From: Alistipes sp.
Lineage (GTDB): Bacteria; Bacteroidota; Bacteroidia; Bacteroidales; Rikenellaceae
Length of the DNA: 64,000 nt
Reading direction: 5' to 3'
Assembly (NCBI GenBank): GCA_031285405.1
Contig: JAITWH010000043.1
Coordinates: 5,595 to 69,594 of the forward strand
In this document: positions 53,399-62,524 of the stretch, piece by piece
Layout of the letters: every line of letters begins with the position of its first letter
How positions within the stretch are numbered: position 1 is the first letter of the stretch
Notes under the pieces: generated by a model
Seen by the model: only the letters and a program-made list of their open reading frames with translations
What the model was told of the DNA's origin: nothing
The model's database searches: none
Made by a program: the position numbers and the translations under genes

Positions 53399-54634
53399 TC
53401 AAACCAATCTACGGGCGCCGTCGGAGATTACGACCTCGATGATTCGAGGAACCAAACCAAATTCCGCACCAAATTTCGCCTGAACATCAGCAAGATAAGC
53501 GTCGGCCACACTGCAACGTATCAAATGTAACACACAGCCGCCAAACCCGCCACCCATCAGTCGCGCGCCCGCAACGCCCTCCGTCGAGCGCGCCAGATCG
53601 ACGATGAAATCTAACTCCGGCGTACTGACGTTAAACAGCTGAGACAGACCACGATGCGTCTCGAACATCCGCGCACCGAACTCCTCGTAGCGCCCCGCGT
53701 CGAGGTCGTCGCACCCATCCACCAATCGCGCGATCTCCTCGACCACATACCGACAACGCCTGTAAACCAACTCCGGCATCTCGCCCCGATAACGCTCCAA
53801 CATCTCGGGCGAAACATCGCGAAGACTCTGAACCTCAGGGTGATGCGCGGCGACGATTCGCACCCCCTCCTCGCACTGTTCGCGCCGCTCGTTGTACTCG
53901 CCGCCCGACAGATTGTGCTTCACCATCGAGTCGACCAGCACCAGCCGATATCCGTGCTCGGCGGGGCTAAACGGCTTATACTCAAACTCCAACGTCCGGC
54001 AATCCAACTTCAGCACCTGCCCCGCGCGTCCGTGCAGCGAGATAAACTGGTCCATGATGCCGCACCGCACGCCCACCCAATTGTGCTCCGTCATCTGGCC
54101 GATCACCGCCAGCTCGGCGAGCGTGAAACCGAGCCCGAACATCTCGTTGAACGCGAATCCGAACGCGCTTTCGAGCGCCGCCGACGACGACATGCCCGCC
54201 CCGAGAGGCACGTTGCCGCCGAAAACCGCGTCGACCGCGCCGACACTGCGTCCGCGCGTCGCCATCTCCTGTGCCACGCCGTAGATGTACTTGGCCCACT
54301 GATCGTTAGGTACGTCGCCGCTCTTCGTGCTGCCGCTCTTCGTGCTGCCGCTCTCGCCGCCGTGCAGGTCGAGAGTGATTTCACTGTCGTAATCGACTGA
54401 GTAGATGCGCGAAAGGGGGCCGGCGGCGGGGCGAATCGCGACCATGATGCCCTTGTCGACCGCGGCCGGAAGCACGAAGCCCATGTTGTAGTCGGTGTGC
54501 TCGCCGATCAGGTTGACGCGGCCCGGGGCGGTGTACACCGAGGCGCCGGCGCCGTAACGTCGTTCGAATTCGTGTCCGATGCTCTCGGCGGTGATGTTGC
54601 CGGCGGTGCTGCCGGCGGAGATTTTGTTGGTCAT
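53399..54634 (-). CDS. galK: galactokinase
   Basis: APGRVNLIGEHTDYN and GGNVPLGAGMSSSAALE (GHMP motif). Contains the tandem STKSG-STKSG insertion. Confidence 0.93.
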   Translation of the reverse strand: MTNKISAGSTAGNITAESIGHEFERRYGAGASVYTAPGRVNLIGEHTDYNMGFVLPAAVDKGIMVAIRPAAGPLSRIYSVDYDSEITLDLHGGESGSTKSGSTKSGDVPNDQWAKYIYGVAQEMATRGRSVGAVDAVFGGNVPLGAGMSSSAALESAFGFAFNEMFGLGFTLAELAVIGQMTEHNWVGVRCGIMDQFISLHGRAGQVLKLDCRTLEFEYKPFSPAEHGYRLVLVDSMVKHNLSGGEYNERREQCEEGVRIVAAHHPEVQSLRDVSPEMLERYRGEMPELVYRRCRYVVEEIARLVDGCDDLDAGRYEEFGARMFETHRGLSQLFNVSTPELDFIVDLARSTEGVAGARLMGGGFGGCVLHLIRCSVADAYLADVQAKFGAEFGLVPRIIEVVISDGARRLV

Positions 54635-54673
54635 AGTGTTGTGGGTTAGTTAGTTGCGTGTCGAACACGCGCT

Positions 54674-55504
54674 TTAGTATTTTATGTCTGTCAGAAACAG
54701 TCCGCGGGCTGGGGCGCCGCCGCTCGACAGACTCAGGTCGCGCGCGGCGACTATCTCCGCGAACCGCTCGGGAGTCAGCTTGCCGCGCCCGACGTCGACC
54801 AGCGTGCCGACCACCGCGCGCACCATGTTACGTAGGAAACGGTCGGCGCGGATCGTGAACGTAAGTGTGCCATCCGACACGGATTCCCACTTGGCGACTG
54901 TCACTCGGCAGATGTTGGTGTGGTTGCCGCCGCCGAGTTTGGCGAAGGTGGTGAAGTCGGTGGTGGTGAGCAGGCAGGCCGCCGCGCGGTTCATCGCCGC
55001 GATGTCTAACGGCACAGTGTACTGCCACGCCGTGGCGTTGCGAAACGGATCCTTGAACGGCACTATATAATAGGTATACTCGCGCTCGCGTGCGTCGAAA
55101 CGTGCGTGGGCGTCGTCGGCCACACGGCGAACGCGATGCAGGGCGATGTCCGGCGGCAGGATCGAGTTGGCGTGGTAGAGAAAATCGGCCTCGTTGGCAA
55201 TGAGGCGTTGGGCGTCCGAAGTGCCCAGGGCGTCCGAGATGCCCGAGATGCCCGAGGTGTTCGGGGTGTTCGGGGTGTCGGGGATGTCGAAATGGGCGAC
55301 GTAGTGCGCCGCGTGGACTCCCGTGTCGGTGCGGCCGGCTCCTGTGAGTTCGATCGTTTCGCTTTTTTCGCCACTTTTACCTCTCTTGGTCAACAGCGTG
55401 GTGAGGGCCTCCTCAATGGTCTGCTGCACCGACGGAGCGTCGGGCTGACGCTGCCAGCCGCAGTATGCCGTGCCGTTGTATGAAAGTTCAAGGAAGTACC
55501 TCAT
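54674..55504 (-). CDS. truA: tRNA pseudouridine(38-40) synthase
   Basis: MRYFLELSYNGTAYCGWQRQP, and GAGRTDTGVHA with the catalytic Asp. An alternative upstream ATG lies at 55540. Confidence 0.9.
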   Translation of the reverse strand: MRYFLELSYNGTAYCGWQRQPDAPSVQQTIEEALTTLLTKRGKSGEKSETIELTGAGRTDTGVHAAHYVAHFDIPDTPNTPNTSGISGISDALGTSDAQRLIANEADFLYHANSILPPDIALHRVRRVADDAHARFDAREREYTYYIVPFKDPFRNATAWQYTVPLDIAAMNRAAACLLTTTDFTTFAKLGGGNHTNICRVTVAKWESVSDGTLTFTIRADRFLRNMVRAVVGTLVDVGRGKLTPERFAEIVAARDLSLSSGGAPARGLFLTDIKY

Positions 55505-55590
55505 TTCTGCAGTGATAGTGGCGATGGTGCCAACGGCCATGCGGCCACAGCGAATTATTCGACATAAAAAAATCGCTGTCGGCGTTCCGA

Positions 55591-55965
55591 CTACTGTTTG
55601 GCTTCGATGCAGAGTGTGGCGTGGGGCACGATGCGAAGTCGCTCTTTGGGGATCAGCCGGCCCGTCTCGCGGCAGATGCCGTAGGTCTTGTTCTCGATGC
55701 GCACGAGGGCGGCTTCGAGGTGCTGGATGAACTTGAGTTGGCGTTGGGCGAGGCGGCCCGACTCCTCTTTTGATAGAGTCGCGGCGCCCTCCTCCAGCAC
55801 TTTGAATGTGGGGGAGGTGTCCTCGGTGTCGTTGTCGGCCGAGTGGGTGATGGTCGAGCGCAGGAGCTCGTAGTCGGCCTTGGCCTTGTCGAGTTTGTCG
55901 AGGATTATCTGCTTGAACTCAGACAGTTCGTTGTCCGAATAGCGTGTTCTTTCCTGTTCTGCCAT
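55591..55965 (-). CDS. TraR/DksA-family zinc-finger protein
   Basis: A coiled-coil N-terminal part, then ...RIENKTYGICRETGRLIPKERLRIVPHATLCIEAK. It sits directly downstream of ileS, as is usual in Bacteroidota. Confidence 0.8.
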   Translation of the reverse strand: MAEQERTRYSDNELSEFKQIILDKLDKAKADYELLRSTITHSADNDTEDTSPTFKVLEEGAATLSKEESGRLAQRQLKFIQHLEAALVRIENKTYGICRETGRLIPKERLRIVPHATLCIEAKQ

Positions 55966-56010
55966 AGTCGTAGCGTTTTAGTGTCTGGATATAAAATTAA
56001 GCAAATCTTT

Positions 56011-59000
56011 TCAATTCGCCAAATCCAGAGCGATTATTACATTTTTTTCGTCGATGTCGAACGTCTGCGTGAACCGGCCTTGCGGGTCGTCGTTGAGTGT
56101 GACCTCGGTGGCAAGCACCTGGGTGGCAATGTATTCCCTTTGCGCGTCGACGCTCTCGGCGGTGAAGGGCAGGTTCTGGATCGCGACCCTGATTTTGTCG
56201 GTCACTTCGAGGCCGCTATCCTTGCGCAGGTTTTGGATTCGATTGACCAACTCTCTCGCCGTGCCCTCTTTCTGCAACTCGGGGGTTAGGGTGATGTCGA
56301 GTGCGACGGTCAGCGGACCCTCGGTGGCGACGAGCCAGCCGGGCATATCCTCGCTCGTGATCTCGAAGTCGTCGCGGGTGAGGGCGAGTTGCTGTCCGCC
56401 CGTTTCGAGGGTGATGCCGCCGGTGCGTTCGATCTCCGCGATCTGCTCCTGGGTGAACTCGGCCACCAAGGCGGCGATCTGTTTCATCTGGGCGCCGAAC
56501 TTCTTGCCGAGCGTCTTGAAGTTGGGCCTTATACGTTTGGTTATCAGGCCGGTGGTATCGGTGATCAGCTCCAGCTCCTTGACGTTGACCTCGCCCGTGA
56601 TGAGGTTTTTCGCAGCCTCGATGTGGCGGGCGGTGGCGGCGTCGAGCACCGGAATGATGACTCGGGTGAGCGGTTGGCGCACCTTGATGTTGACCTTGCG
56701 GCGCAGGGCCAGCACCATCGACGAGATGCGTTGCGCGACGTCCATCATCTCCTCCAATTCGCTGTCTATCAGCGACACGTCGGCCTTCGGGAACTGCGCG
56801 AGATGCACGGAGCCGTCGGTGTGTCGGCCCGAAACAGAGTTCAGATCGCCCCACAGGCGCTCGGCGAAGAAGGGCGCGAAGGGGGCGGAGAGTGCGGCCA
56901 CGGTTTCGAGGCAGGTGTAGAGCGTCTGGTATGCAGCGAGTTTGTCTTCGGTGAGACCGCCGCCCCAGAAGCGTTTGCGATTGAGGCGCACGTACCAGTT
57001 CGACAGATTCTCGTTCACGAAATCGGAGATCGCCCTCGCCGCGGGGGTGGGGTCGTAGTCCTCCAATCGCGCCGTGACGTCGGTCACCAATGTGTTGAGC
57101 AGCGAGATTATCCAGCGGTCGATCTCGGGACGCCGGCTCACCGGAATCTCGGGCTCGTCGCCGCGGAAGCTGTCGACGTTGGCATAGAGGGCGAAGAAGC
57201 TGTATGTGTTGTAGAGTGTGCCGAAGAATTTGCGGCGCACCTCGTCGACCCCCTCGGCGTCGAACTTGAGGTTGTCCCACGGCTGCGAGTTTGAGATCAT
57301 GTACCACCTCACCGCGTCGACGCCGTAGCGATCCATCATCTCGAACGGGTCGACGGCGTTGCCCAAGCGTTTGGACATCTTGTTGCCGTTTTTGTCTAAG
57401 ACGAGGCCGTTGGAGATGATGTTTTTGAAAGCAACGCTGTCGAACAGCATCGTCCCCAACGCGTGCAGCGTGAAGAACCAACCGCGCGTTTGGTCGACAC
57501 CCTCGGCTATGAAGTCGGCGGGGAAGAGCTTGCCTTTGAAATTGTCTTCGCTCTCAAATGGATAGTGCGCCTGGGCGTAGGGCATGGCGCCGCTGTCGAA
57601 CCAGACGTCGATCAGGTCGGGCTCGCGGTGCATGGGGCGTTTGCCGTCCGACGAGACGAGCACTATGTTGTCGACGTAGGGGCGGTGGAGGTCTATCTGT
57701 TCATAGTTATCTTTCGAGAGGTCGCCCTCGCGGAAGTTCCGGAGCGGGTTGTCGGTCATGATGCCAGCCTCCACGGCGCGGTCGATCTCGGCCTTGAGCT
57801 CCGCCACCGAGCCGATGCACTTCAGTTCGGAGTGGTCGTCGGTCGCCCAGATCGGCAGCGGCGTGCCCCAAAAGCGACTGCGCGACAGGTTCCAGTCCAC
57901 CAACCCTTCGAGCCACTTGCCGAAGCGGCCGCTGCCTGTCGACTCGGGGCGCCATTTTATCGTTTCGTTCAGGGCGATGAGTCGCTCTTTGACGGCGGTG
58001 GTTCGGATGAACCAACTGTCGAGCGGGTAGTAGAGCACCGGTTTGTCGGTGCGCCAACAGTGGGGGTAGTTGTGGGTGTACTTCTCGATCTTGAAGGCCT
58101 TGTTTTCGGCCTTCATGCTCACGGCGAGTTCGACGTCGAGCGGCTCTTTCTCGGGTGTGAGTTCCGGATCGTAGTCGGGCTTCACATATTTTCCCGCCCA
58201 CTTTTCGTACTCATGCGTGTTGACGTTCGCGGCGACCCACTCGGGATCGAGTTCGTCGAGGGGCCAGAATTGGCCTCGGCGGTCGACCATCGGCTGGTTC
58301 TTGCCCGCGCGGTCGACCATGAACAACGGCACGATGCCCGCCGCCTGCGCAACCCGCGCGTCGTCGGCCCCGAATGTCGGAGCGATGTGTACTATCCCTG
58401 TACCGTCGTCGGTCGTGACGTAGTCGGCGGCGATCACCTCGAACGCCTTGCCGCCCGGCGTTACCCATGGCAGCAGCTGCTCGTAGCGCAGGCCCACGAG
58501 GTCGCGCCCCTTGCACTCCTTCACTATGGTGTGTTCGGTTTTGGCGAAATACTTTTCGACCAGCGCGGCTGCAAGAATCACAGTCTCGTCGAGATTCGAA
58601 TATGGGTTTTTGCAGGCAACCTCCACATAGTCGATATTTTCGTTGACTGCCAGCGCGGTGTTCGACGGGAGCGTCCACGGAGTGGTCGTCCAGGCAAGCA
58701 GGTATGTGTCTTCGCGTCCGGTGACGCGGAACTGCGCCGTGATGGTCGTGTCTTTGACGTCGCGGTAGCAGCCAGGTTGGTTGAGCTCGTGATTCGAGAG
58801 GCCCGTGCCCGCAGCCGGCGAGTAGGGTTGAATGGTGTACCCTTTATATAGGAGTCCCTTGTCGAAGAGCTGCCGCAGCATCCACCAGAGCGTCTCGATG
58901 TACTTGGTCTCGTAGGTGATGTAGGGGTCGGACATGTCGACCCAGTAGCCCATGCGGCGCGTCATCTGCTCCCACACTCCCGTGTACTCCATCACCGCCT

Positions 59001-59367
59001 CGCGGCAGGCGCGGTTGTAATCCTCGATGGATATTTTGGTGCCGATGTCGTCCTTGGTGATGCCCAACTTCTTCTCGACGCCCAACTCGACCGGCAGGCC
59101 GTGGGTGTCCCAACCCGCCTTGCGATTGACGCGGAAACCCTGCTGGGTCTTGTAGCGGCAGAAAATGTCCTTGATCGTGCGGGCCATCATGTGGTGGATG
59201 CCCGGCAGGCCGTTCGCCGAGGGGGGACCCTCGTAGAAGACGAAATCGGGACTGCCCGCGCGCTCCTCAAGGCTGCGCTCGAATGTGCGGTCGGCATCCC
59301 ACCGCTCCAGCACCTCGGCCGAAAGCCCCACAAGATCGAGGCCCTTATATTCTTTAAACTTGCTCAT
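56011..59367 (-). CDS. ileS: isoleucine--tRNA ligase (type 2)
   Basis: PPSANGLPGIHHMMAR (HIGH region), KMSKRLGN, 1118 aa. Confidence 0.97.
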   Translation of the reverse strand: MSKFKEYKGLDLVGLSAEVLERWDADRTFERSLEERAGSPDFVFYEGPPSANGLPGIHHMMARTIKDIFCRYKTQQGFRVNRKAGWDTHGLPVELGVEKKLGITKDDIGTKISIEDYNRACREAVMEYTGVWEQMTRRMGYWVDMSDPYITYETKYIETLWWMLRQLFDKGLLYKGYTIQPYSPAAGTGLSNHELNQPGCYRDVKDTTITAQFRVTGREDTYLLAWTTTPWTLPSNTALAVNENIDYVEVACKNPYSNLDETVILAAALVEKYFAKTEHTIVKECKGRDLVGLRYEQLLPWVTPGGKAFEVIAADYVTTDDGTGIVHIAPTFGADDARVAQAAGIVPLFMVDRAGKNQPMVDRRGQFWPLDELDPEWVAANVNTHEYEKWAGKYVKPDYDPELTPEKEPLDVELAVSMKAENKAFKIEKYTHNYPHCWRTDKPVLYYPLDSWFIRTTAVKERLIALNETIKWRPESTGSGRFGKWLEGLVDWNLSRSRFWGTPLPIWATDDHSELKCIGSVAELKAEIDRAVEAGIMTDNPLRNFREGDLSKDNYEQIDLHRPYVDNIVLVSSDGKRPMHREPDLIDVWFDSGAMPYAQAHYPFESEDNFKGKLFPADFIAEGVDQTRGWFFTLHALGTMLFDSVAFKNIISNGLVLDKNGNKMSKRLGNAVDPFEMMDRYGVDAVRWYMISNSQPWDNLKFDAEGVDEVRRKFFGTLYNTYSFFALYANVDSFRGDEPEIPVSRRPEIDRWIISLLNTLVTDVTARLEDYDPTPAARAISDFVNENLSNWYVRLNRKRFWGGGLTEDKLAAYQTLYTCLETVAALSAPFAPFFAERLWGDLNSVSGRHTDGSVHLAQFPKADVSLIDSELEEMMDVAQRISSMVLALRRKVNIKVRQPLTRVIIPVLDAATARHIEAAKNLITGEVNVKELELITDTTGLITKRIRPNFKTLGKKFGAQMKQIAALVAEFTQEQIAEIERTGGITLETGGQQLALTRDDFEITSEDMPGWLVATEGPLTVALDITLTPELQKEGTARELVNRIQNLRKDSGLEVTDKIRVAIQNLPFTAESVDAQREYIATQVLATEVTLNDDPQGRFTQTFDIDEKNVIIALDLAN

Positions 59368-59437
59368 AATGTTCTAAAACGTAATAATCCGACAAAGATA
59401 GAAAAATTTTTTACTACTTTTGTACCTCGTTAGTTAT

Positions 59438-60073
59438 ATGAATGAAGAGATGACGATCGAAAATTTCGATGTCGTGATCGGGTCTGCCGACCACGCCGAC
59501 CATGCCGCAGCGATAGTGCAGGAGATGGCCGAAAGCGCCAAAGCGCGCGGAACGGGGATTGCAAAGCGCAGTCCCGAGTATGTTGCGGGCAAGCTCAGAG
59601 AAGGCAAGGCCGTGGTCGCGATACATCGCGAGAGCGGCGAGTGGGCCGGATTTACATATATCGAGACGTGGGGGCACGGTCGATATGTGGCCAACTCGGG
59701 GCTGATCATCAACCCCAAGTTTCGGATGATCGGGCTGGCCAAGGCGATCAAGACCAAGGCGTTCTTCCTGTCGCTGAAGCTCTTTCCGGGGGCCAAGCTG
59801 TTTGGCCTCACCACGGGGCTGGCCGTGATGAAGATCAACTCGCGGTTGGGCTACCGGCCCGTGCCGTTTGCCGAGCTGACCGACGACGACGCGTTCTGGG
59901 AGGGGTGCAAAAATTGCGTCAACTATCCGATCCTCGAAATGAAGGAGCGAAAGAACTGTCTCTGCACCGCCATGCTGTTCGACCCCGAGGTCGACCATGT
60001 GCAGGCCTCGATGAAGGCGAGCGAGCTGTTCAACATAATGGAAGATATCAGTAAAGTGAAACCCAAAATATAA
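59438..60073 (+). CDS. GNAT-family acyltransferase of the arginine cluster (possible glutamate N-acyl(succinyl)transferase)
   Basis: The ATG at 59438 is preferred over the TTG at 59420. A GNAT core (LIINPKFRMIGLAKAI) sits immediately upstream of argG-argC-argD. Confidence 0.7.
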   Translation: MNEEMTIENFDVVIGSADHADHAAAIVQEMAESAKARGTGIAKRSPEYVAGKLREGKAVVAIHRESGEWAGFTYIETWGHGRYVANSGLIINPKFRMIGLAKAIKTKAFFLSLKLFPGAKLFGLTTGLAVMKINSRLGYRPVPFAELTDDDAFWEGCKNCVNYPILEMKERKNCLCTAMLFDPEVDHVQASMKASELFNIMEDISKVKPKI

Positions 60074-60080
60074 GAAGATC

Positions 60081-61286
60081 ATGGGAGCGAAAAAAGTAGT
60101 TTTAGCATTCAGCGGAGGGCTCGACACGTCGTACAGCGCGATATATCTGCACCGCGAAATGGGGTTGGAGGTGCACGCCGCACTTGCAAACACGGGCGGG
60201 TTCTCGCCCGAAGAGCTGGCGAAGATCGAGACTCGCGCTCGCGCGTTGGGGGTGGCTTCGTATCGCGTGTTGGACGTGACGCGGGAGTACTACGAGAAGC
60301 AGATTCGCTACATGGTGTTCGGCAATGTGCTGAAGAACGGAACGTACCCGATCTCGGTCTCGTCGGAGCGGATATCGCAGGCGACGGCGGTGGCGGAGTA
60401 CGCTCGCGAAATCGGGGCGGACTATCTGTGCCACGGCTCGACCGGCGCGGGGAACGACCAGGTGCGTTTCGACATGATTTGGGGGATTTTGGCGCCCGAG
60501 ATCAAGATCATTGCGCTGATTCGCGAGAAGCGGCTGACGCGCGAAGAGGAGATCGCCTATCTGAGGGGGCACGGCGTCGATTTCGACTTCAAGAAGGCCG
60601 AGTACTCTATCAATCAGGGACTTTGGGGCACGTCGGTGGGCGGCAAGGAGACTTTAAGCTCATCGGAAACGCTGCCCGAGGCGGCCTATCCGTCGCAGCT
60701 GACAGCCACGGAGCCGCGGAGGGTTGTGCTGACCTTTGAGAAGGGCGAGTTTGTCGCGTTGGACGGGGTTAGGTATGACGGGGTGTCGGCGATTCAGGCC
60801 CTCTCGGCTCTTGCCTCGCCTTACGCCATCGGGCGCGACATGCACGTGGGCGACACTATTATAGGTATCAAGGGCAGGGTGGGGTTCGAGGCCGCCGCGC
60901 CGCTCATCATAATCAAGGCCCACCACACGTTGGAGAAGCACACGCTGGCCAAGTGGCAGCTGTTTTGGAAGGATCAACTGTCGGCGTTTTACGGCAACTG
61001 GCTGCACGAGGGGCAGTATTTCGACCCCGTGATGAGGGATATGGAGGCTTTTCTGGAGTCGTCGCAGCGGACGGTGTCGGGCGACGTGATCGTCGAACTG
61101 CATCCCTATCGCTTTGTGGTTGTGGGGATTGAGTCGCCGCATGACCTCATGTCGTCGGCCTTTGGGGCCTACGGCGAGGTGATGAGCGACTGGAGCAGCG
61201 CCGATGTCGAGGGTTTCGGTCGCATCTTTGGGTTGCAGAATGTTATTTGGCATCGGGTTAACAGTCGGGATGCCGACGGCGAGTAA
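60081..61286 (+). CDS. argG: argininosuccinate synthase
   Basis: VVLAFSGGLDTS, ...HGSTGAGNDQVRF. Confidence 0.95.
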   Translation: MGAKKVVLAFSGGLDTSYSAIYLHREMGLEVHAALANTGGFSPEELAKIETRARALGVASYRVLDVTREYYEKQIRYMVFGNVLKNGTYPISVSSERISQATAVAEYAREIGADYLCHGSTGAGNDQVRFDMIWGILAPEIKIIALIREKRLTREEEIAYLRGHGVDFDFKKAEYSINQGLWGTSVGGKETLSSSETLPEAAYPSQLTATEPRRVVLTFEKGEFVALDGVRYDGVSAIQALSALASPYAIGRDMHVGDTIIGIKGRVGFEAAAPLIIIKAHHTLEKHTLAKWQLFWKDQLSAFYGNWLHEGQYFDPVMRDMEAFLESSQRTVSGDVIVELHPYRFVVVGIESPHDLMSSAFGAYGEVMSDWSSADVEGFGRIFGLQNVIWHRVNSRDADGE

Positions 61287-61380
61287 TTTTGACGGGCGAA
61301 GAAGAGCTATTGTGAAGGTAATAATTGCCGTTGTGGGCAATAATTCAGGGGCGGAACGAACGATTCCGCCCTTAATTGTG

Positions 61381-61388
61381 TATATTTG
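61381..61388 (+). promoter_or_regulatory. -7 box TATATTTG for argC
   Basis: Matches TAnnTTTG, 23 nt upstream of the ATG at 61412. Preceded by the GGGCGGAA/TTCCGCCC hairpin at 61349-61371. Confidence 0.5.
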
Positions 61389-61411
61389 TGGCTTCTAAAC
61401 AGGGTAATCAG

Positions 61412-62416
61412 ATGAAAAAAGTTGGGATAATCGGCGGGGCGGGGTACACAGGCGGCGAGGCGGCGAGGTTGCTGGTCAACCATCCGGAGGTCGAGCTGGC
61501 GTTTGTGCAGAGCGCGTCGAGTGCAGGGAAGCTGCTGTCGGACGTGCACGCCGACCTGTTGGGCGACACGACGATGCGTTTTTCGGCCGAAGCAGTGGGC
61601 GAAGACGGATCGTCGGCCGCGGCGGGCGATGTCGATGTGATTGTGATCTGTGCCGGACATGGCGATGCGCGTAAGTGGCTGGAGGCCAATCCGGTGGCAG
61701 CGGGTGTCAAGATAGTGGACCTTAGTCAGGATTTTCGGCTTGCGGCGACCTCCACCTTGGGGTCACGGAGTTTTGTGTACGGTCTGCCGGAGATGAATCG
61801 CGAGCGTATTCGCGCCGCCGACAGCATCGCGAATCCGGGCTGTTTTGCGACGTGCCTGCAGTTGGGCATGCTGCCGTTGGCGGCGGCGGGGCTGCTCGTG
61901 GACGATGTACATGTCTCAGCCACAACGGGTTCGACCGGCGCGGGGCAGAAGCCCACCGCATCGACGCACTTCAGTTGGCGGGCCAACAACCTGTCGGCCT
62001 ACAAGGCGTTCGGGCACCAGCATCTGCTCGAAATCGGGGAGAGCATCGTGGGGCTGCAGCCCTCGTTTGGCGGCGAAATTTTGTTCGTGCCGTGCCGCGG
62101 GGCCTTCACGCGCGGGATTTTCGCGACAATCTACACCCGTAGCGATCTCTCTGCTGCTCAGGCTGTTGAGCTCTATGCGGAGTTCTATCGCGACGCCGCG
62201 TTTACCCATGTTTCGGATCGCGCGGTGGACCTCAAGCAGGTGGTAAATACCAATAAGTGTCTGGTGCAGGTCGAGAAACATGGCGACAAGCTACTGATAA
62301 CGAGCGTCATAGACAACCTGCTTAAGGGGGCGAGCGGGCAGGCTGTTCAGAATATGAATCTGATGCTGGGCTTAGACGAGCGTGCCGGGTTGCGACTTAA
62401 GGCGGCGGCGTTTTAG
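61412..62416 (+). CDS. argC: N-acetyl(acyl)-gamma-glutamyl-phosphate reductase
   Basis: MKKVGIIGGAGYTGGE, active-site SIANPGCFATC, C-terminal DNLLKGASGQAVQNMN. Confidence 0.93.
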   Translation: MKKVGIIGGAGYTGGEAARLLVNHPEVELAFVQSASSAGKLLSDVHADLLGDTTMRFSAEAVGEDGSSAAAGDVDVIVICAGHGDARKWLEANPVAAGVKIVDLSQDFRLAATSTLGSRSFVYGLPEMNRERIRAADSIANPGCFATCLQLGMLPLAAAGLLVDDVHVSATTGSTGAGQKPTASTHFSWRANNLSAYKAFGHQHLLEIGESIVGLQPSFGGEILFVPCRGAFTRGIFATIYTRSDLSAAQAVELYAEFYRDAAFTHVSDRAVDLKQVVNTNKCLVQVEKHGDKLLITSVIDNLLKGASGQAVQNMNLMLGLDERAGLRLKAAAF

Positions 62417-62524
62417 TGTCTTTGATGGGGTGCGAAAACGTACTTCGGGGTGGCGTGTGAAAACGTATGGTGACGACGCGCGAAACGTAATGAGGGTAGT
62501 GATAAATCGTATAATTAGTTGATA

